A stretch of 64,000 bases of DNA from Thermoanaerobaculia bacterium (GTDB lineage: Bacteria; Acidobacteriota; Thermoanaerobaculia; UBA5066), in NCBI GenBank assembly GCA_963719225.1, contig CAVRAY010000001.1, positions 448,001-512,000 on the forward strand, given 5' to 3'. This document shows positions 59,918 to 64,000 of this stretch, piece after piece (the stretch's first letter is position 1; the number at the start of each line of letters is the position of its first letter). The position numbers were made by a program, and so were the translations under genes. The notes beneath the pieces are model-generated. The model searched no databases, was not told the origin of the DNA, and worked only from the letters and a program-made list of their open reading frames with translations.

Positions 59918-61069
59918 GTGACGCCCGTCCGCCTCGCCGTCCGCCACGTGACGAGCCGTCCTTTGAGGAGCGCCCTCACGGTCGTCGCGATCGGCCTCTC
60001 CGCCGGGCTCGTCGGGTTCCTCTACCTCGTGAACGGAGCGCTCAAGAACGACTGGTCCGAGAACATGGGCCGCCGCGCCATGGTCATGGCGAAGTCGTCG
60101 TTCTTCGAGAAGCTTCCGATGGCGTACCTCGCGAAGATCGAGGACGTCCCGGGCATCCAGCGCGTCTGCCCGTTCGACTTCCTCATGGCGTTCTGGCAGA
60201 ACGACCGGCCCGAGAACCAGGTCCCTTTCCAGGCCGCGCCGACGGACGCGTTCCTCGAGGTCTACATGGAGGCGAAGATCCCGCCCGACCAGGTCGCCGC
60301 TTGGAGAGCCGATCCGACGGGCAGCGTGATCGGCCCGATCCTCGCGAAGCAGCACAAGTGGAAGATTGGCGACCGCATCGTCCTCAAGGCGCCCATCCCG
60401 GGGGGCGTCATCGAGACGACGATCCGGGCGGTCATGACGTACAAGCTCGACAACGGGCTCTACGTCCACAGGAAGTACTACGAGAACCTGACGGGTGACT
60501 CGGGCCAGGTCGGGATGTATTGGATCCTCGCGAAGTCGCGCAACGACGTGCCGAAGATCACTGCCGAGATCGAGCGCCGGCTCGAGAACGCGCCCGTCCC
60601 GATCCGCGCGATGAGCGAGAAGCAGTGGCAGCTCATGTTCATGGAGATGCTCGGGAACGTGCAGGCGCTTCTCGGCGGGATCGGCCTCGCGACGGCGTTC
60701 ACGCTCTTCCTCATCACGAGCAACACGCTCGCGATGTCGGCCCGCGAGAGGCGGAGCGAGGCGGCTCTCCTGAGGGTCCTCGGCTTTCCCCGCAAGACGG
60801 TCCTCCAGCTCCTCGTCCTCGAGGGGGCGTTCTTCGGGGCCGCGGGAGCGATCCTGGCCGTCGGGTTCATGACGCTCTTCGCGCGGATCATCGAAAAAGC
60901 TCTCATCGAGACGCAGTGGGCGGGAATCGGCGCCCTCCTCCAGGCGGACGCGACGATGATCGCGGTCGTGGGCTCCCTCTCCCTCCTCGTCGCGGTCGCC
61001 TCCTCGCTCGTGCCGGCCATCAACCTGTCGCGCCGGCCCGTCGTGAGCCTCGCGCGTGAGGCGGCCTAG
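59918..61069 (+). CDS. MacB/FtsX-family ABC transporter permease
   Basis: RSALTVVAIG first TM, a periplasmic domain, NTLAMSARERRSEAALLRVLGF and three C-terminal TM segments. Confidence 0.85.
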   Translation: MTPVRLAVRHVTSRPLRSALTVVAIGLSAGLVGFLYLVNGALKNDWSENMGRRAMVMAKSSFFEKLPMAYLAKIEDVPGIQRVCPFDFLMAFWQNDRPENQVPFQAAPTDAFLEVYMEAKIPPDQVAAWRADPTGSVIGPILAKQHKWKIGDRIVLKAPIPGGVIETTIRAVMTYKLDNGLYVHRKYYENLTGDSGQVGMYWILAKSRNDVPKITAEIERRLENAPVPIRAMSEKQWQLMFMEMLGNVQALLGGIGLATAFTLFLITSNTLAMSARERRSEAALLRVLGFPRKTVLQLLVLEGAFFGAAGAILAVGFMTLFARIIEKALIETQWAGIGALLQADATMIAVVGSLSLLVAVASSLVPAINLSRRPVVSLAREAA

Positions 61070-61132
61070 GCCGCTCCCGCGGGATCGACCAGGCGAGTCA
61101 ACCCGGTGTCCTCTGCACACGTCTCTCTCGTC

Positions 61133-64000
61133 ATGTCCCGCATCGTGCTCCTCGGCGCTCTCCTGTCTCTTTCGGGTGCCGCGTGGGCGGCGACGCTGTA
61201 CCTCCCCGGCGTCGCGAACACGCTCGGACAGAACGGGACGCGCTTCGAGTCGAGCGTCTTCGTCGTCAATCCCGGCGCTCGCGACACCGTCGTCACGTTC
61301 GCGCTCGTGCCGGCCTCCAGCGTGCCGGCTCCGGGTCCGGTGGCGCGGACGCTGGGCCCCGGCGAATCGCTCGCGTTCTCGAACGCGCTCGCCGAGCTCT
61401 TCGCCCTCGAAGGGACGTTCGGGACGCTCGTGGTCTCGTCCGACGAGCCGCTCGTCCTGCGCGGGACGACGGCGAACGTGAGGGATCCGGCCGCGACCTA
61501 TGGCGTCGGGCTTTCCGCCGTGGATTCCGACGCGACGCTCCTGCCTGGCGAGACGGGACATGCGATCTGGCTCTCGAGCTCTTTGGATCTCTCGCGGGGC
61601 TATCGGACGAACGTGAACGTCTCGCTCCTCACTCCCGACAGCGAGGTCGTCGTCACGCTCTGGGACGATTCGGGCTTCGTGCGCGGCTCGGCGCGGGTCG
61701 CTTCGGCCGTTCCCGTCACGTGGCAGGCCGCCACGGCCGACCTCGCGGGCGATCCCGATCTCGCAAAAGGCCGCGTGACGATCGAAGTCCTCCGAGGCAG
61801 GGCCATCGGTTACACGGCCGTCGTCGACAACGTCACAGGCGACGGCATCGCGGTTTCCGCCGTGCGTGTGCCGTTCGGGCCGGGCGAGATCCTCCTGGAC
61901 GGCGCCGCCCGGGCGTCCGGACTGAACGGAACTCACTGGTCGACGGACCTCCGTCTCTTCAACCCCGGGCTCGGGCCGCTCGCCGTGACGCTCGAGCCGG
62001 TCGGACTTCCCGGCTCCCCGCTGACGATCACGCTCGCGCCGCGCGCTCTCGTCGAGATCGGCGACGTCCTGGGAGCCGGCGGCTTCGGGTTGAGCGAGGG
62101 CGTCGCGGGCGCGATCCGGCTCAGGGCTCCCACCCCCTTTCTCGTCGCCGGACGGACACGCAACTCGGATCCGACCCTTTCCCGACCCGGCGGTTTCAGC
62201 GCGGAGCTCCGGCCCGTTGCCTGGACGTCAGGCCTGACGTCCGCTGGCCGCGAAGCGATCCTCCCGGGGCTCTCGCATTCCGGTTCGACGCCGGGATTCC
62301 GCACGAACGTGGCTCTGCTCGGCGGTCCGGCGGGCGCGACCGGCCGGCTCGTCCTGCGCGACGTCGCGGGGGGAATGGTCGCGACGAGGGCGTTCACGCT
62401 CGGGCCTTCCGAGTGGCGTCAGCAGAGCCTTCCTGCGTGGTTCGGAACGCCCGGTACCGCCATGGGGTCACGAGTCGACCTCGCCGTCGAGACGGGAGCC
62501 GCGGACGCGTACGCGAGCGTCATCGACAACGTCACCGGAGACGCCGCCGTCGCTCCGGCGCTTCCGAGGCCGCCGCCGTGTGCTCTTCCGTCGATCGCAG
62601 TCGTTTCGGCTTCACCGCAGCCGTCGCCTCCCGGCCAGGCGGTGACGCTTCTTCTCTCGGCCGGTGGTGCGACGTCCGTCCGCGTCGAGCCCGGGGGCCT
62701 CGTGCCGGGGGCCGGCGGCGCGGTGACGGTGGCTCCGTCCGTCACGACGACGTACCGCCTCTTTGCCCAGAACGCTTGCGGGACCGCGACGGCGGCCTTC
62801 ACGCTCGAGGTCGCGTCCGCGCCGGCCGTCGTCGCGACCGCGAGCGGCGCGGTCCGCGGCACGATTGCCGGCGGCGCTGCCGTCTACATGGGTATTCCGT
62901 ACGCCGCGCCCCCGCTCGGGCCGCTGCGCCTCAGGCCTCCCGTCGCCTCGGAGCCCTGGAGCACCGTCCGCGATGCGACCCGCTTCGGAAACGTCTGCAC
63001 GCAGCTCGGCAACTTCGGTCAGGTCGTGGGGGCGGAAGACTGTCTCTTTCTGAACGTCTGGGCGCCCGCGATGCGTCCTCCCGCACCTGCTCCCGTTCTC
63101 TTCTGGATCCACGGCGGGGGAAACGTGCAGGGCGCGGGCTCCCTCGCGGTCTACGACGGGCAGGCCTTCGTGGAGCAGAACGGCCTCGTGGTCGTCACGC
63201 TCAATTACCGGCTCGGCGCCCTCGGGTTCCTCGCGCACCCGTCGCTCGACCGCGAAAGCGCGCGGGGCGTGTCGGGGAATTACGGCCTCCTCGACCAGGT
63301 CGCGGCGCTCGAGTGGGTCCGCCGCAACATCGCGGCCTTCGGCGGCGATCCGTCACGCGTGCTCATCGCCGGGGAGTCGGCGGGGGCGGTGGACGTGTGC
63401 TCCCTCGTGGCCTCGCCGCTCGGGAAGGGGCTTTTTGCGCGCGCCCTCATGGAAAGCGGAGGCTGCTCCCAGCCGCTGCTCTCCGCGGCGGAGGCATTCG
63501 GCCAGACCATCGTCGAAGCCGCGGAGTGCGCGGCCGCACCCGACGTTCCCGTGTGCCTGCGCGTCCTTGGCGCCGGAGCACTCACGTCCGCGGTGCCGCC
63601 GCAGTCGAACGTGTCCTCGAGCTCGGGGCAGGTCTACGGCCCGAACGTGGACGGTTTCGCTCTCGGCGCGTCGCCCCTGAGCGCCCTCCTGTCGGGCGCG
63701 CAGCATCGCGTTCCCTTCCTCATCGGGGCGAACGCGGACGAGACCGCCCTCGATGCCCCCGCTCTGCCGACGGACGCCGCGTACCAGGCCGCCATCCTCG
63801 CGCAGTTCGGCGGGATTCTCGGTCCGCGGATCCTCGCGCAATACCCGTCGAGCGCGTTCCCTTCGCCCGAGAAGGCTTACGTCTCCGTGACGACCGACGC
63901 GCGTTTCGTGTGTCCGTCGCGGCGGATCGCACGCGCCGCGGCCGGCAGCCAGTCCGAGCCCGTCTTCCGGTATTTCTTCACGAAGTCGCTGGATTCCACG
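61133..64000 (+). CDS. Large secreted protein with a duplicated beta-rich N-terminal module and a type-B carboxylesterase; truncated by the window end
   Basis: Absent from the ORF track because there is no stop. ATG 61133 (MSRIVLLGALLSLSGAAWAATLYLPG) is in frame with GIPYAAPP, EDCLFLNVW (63035), WIHGGG, NYRLG and GESAG (63371). Confidence 0.85.
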   Translation, partial: MSRIVLLGALLSLSGAAWAATLYLPGVANTLGQNGTRFESSVFVVNPGARDTVVTFALVPASSVPAPGPVARTLGPGESLAFSNALAELFALEGTFGTLVVSSDEPLVLRGTTANVRDPAATYGVGLSAVDSDATLLPGETGHAIWLSSSLDLSRGYRTNVNVSLLTPDSEVVVTLWDDSGFVRGSARVASAVPVTWQAATADLAGDPDLAKGRVTIEVLRGRAIGYTAVVDNVTGDGIAVSAVRVPFGPGEILLDGAARASGLNGTHWSTDLRLFNPGLGPLAVTLEPVGLPGSPLTITLAPRALVEIGDVLGAGGFGLSEGVAGAIRLRAPTPFLVAGRTRNSDPTLSRPGGFSAELRPVAWTSGLTSAGREAILPGLSHSGSTPGFRTNVALLGGPAGATGRLVLRDVAGGMVATRAFTLGPSEWRQQSLPAWFGTPGTAMGSRVDLAVETGAADAYASVIDNVTGDAAVAPALPRPPPCALPSIAVVSASPQPSPPGQAVTLLLSAGGATSVRVEPGGLVPGAGGAVTVAPSVTTTYRLFAQNACGTATAAFTLEVASAPAVVATASGAVRGTIAGGAAVYMGIPYAAPPLGPLRLRPPVASEPWSTVRDATRFGNVCTQLGNFGQVVGAEDCLFLNVWAPAMRPPAPAPVLFWIHGGGNVQGAGSLAVYDGQAFVEQNGLVVVTLNYRLGALGFLAHPSLDRESARGVSGNYGLLDQVAALEWVRRNIAAFGGDPSRVLIAGESAGAVDVCSLVASPLGKGLFARALMESGGCSQPLLSAAEAFGQTIVEAAECAAAPDVPVCLRVLGAGALTSAVPPQSNVSSSSGQVYGPNVDGFALGASPLSALLSGAQHRVPFLIGANADETALDAPALPTDAAYQAAILAQFGGILGPRILAQYPSSAFPSPEKAYVSVTTDARFVCPSRRIARAAAGSQSEPVFRYFFTKSLDST

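Overview
Very GC-rich (about 70% by eye) bacterial DNA. The secreted-protein architectures suggest Acidobacteriota (Thermoanaerobaculia-like), which is an inference. About 52 kb (3-55 kb) is one surface-glycan locus. The rightward arm (29.3-54.7 kb) encodes nucleotide-sugar enzymes, Wzm/Wzt, glycosyltransferases, a deacetylase, an O-antigen-ligase/Wzy-like protein, a CapK-like adenylating enzyme with a GNAT, two DegT aminotransferases, PglC- and PglF-like enzymes, an OM beta-barrel, a short Wza and a CpsB phosphatase. The leftward operon is headed by the Wzc co-polymerase gene, followed directly by an NRPS/PKS line (A[Thr]-T; KS-AT-ACP-aminotransferase-C-A[Gly]-NMT-T; an A-less C-T-TE), a JmjC-like cupin and a PPTase. 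Four tandem secreted beta-helix paralogues flank the operon. Three secreted proteins share an unannotated C-terminal domain ending in DVxGYF. The best candidate for a new system is an NRPS/PKS-made substituent (or anchor) for an exopolysaccharide. Smaller oddities are an ACG start on wzc, a duplicated leader creating a coupled uORF before the PglF-like gene, apparent frameshifts and an orphan signal-peptide remnant. The right end holds speA, a CobW GTPase, a saccharopine-dehydrogenase-like gene, an ABC permease and a truncated multidomain carboxylesterase. No RNA genes, CRISPR arrays or mobile elements were recognised.
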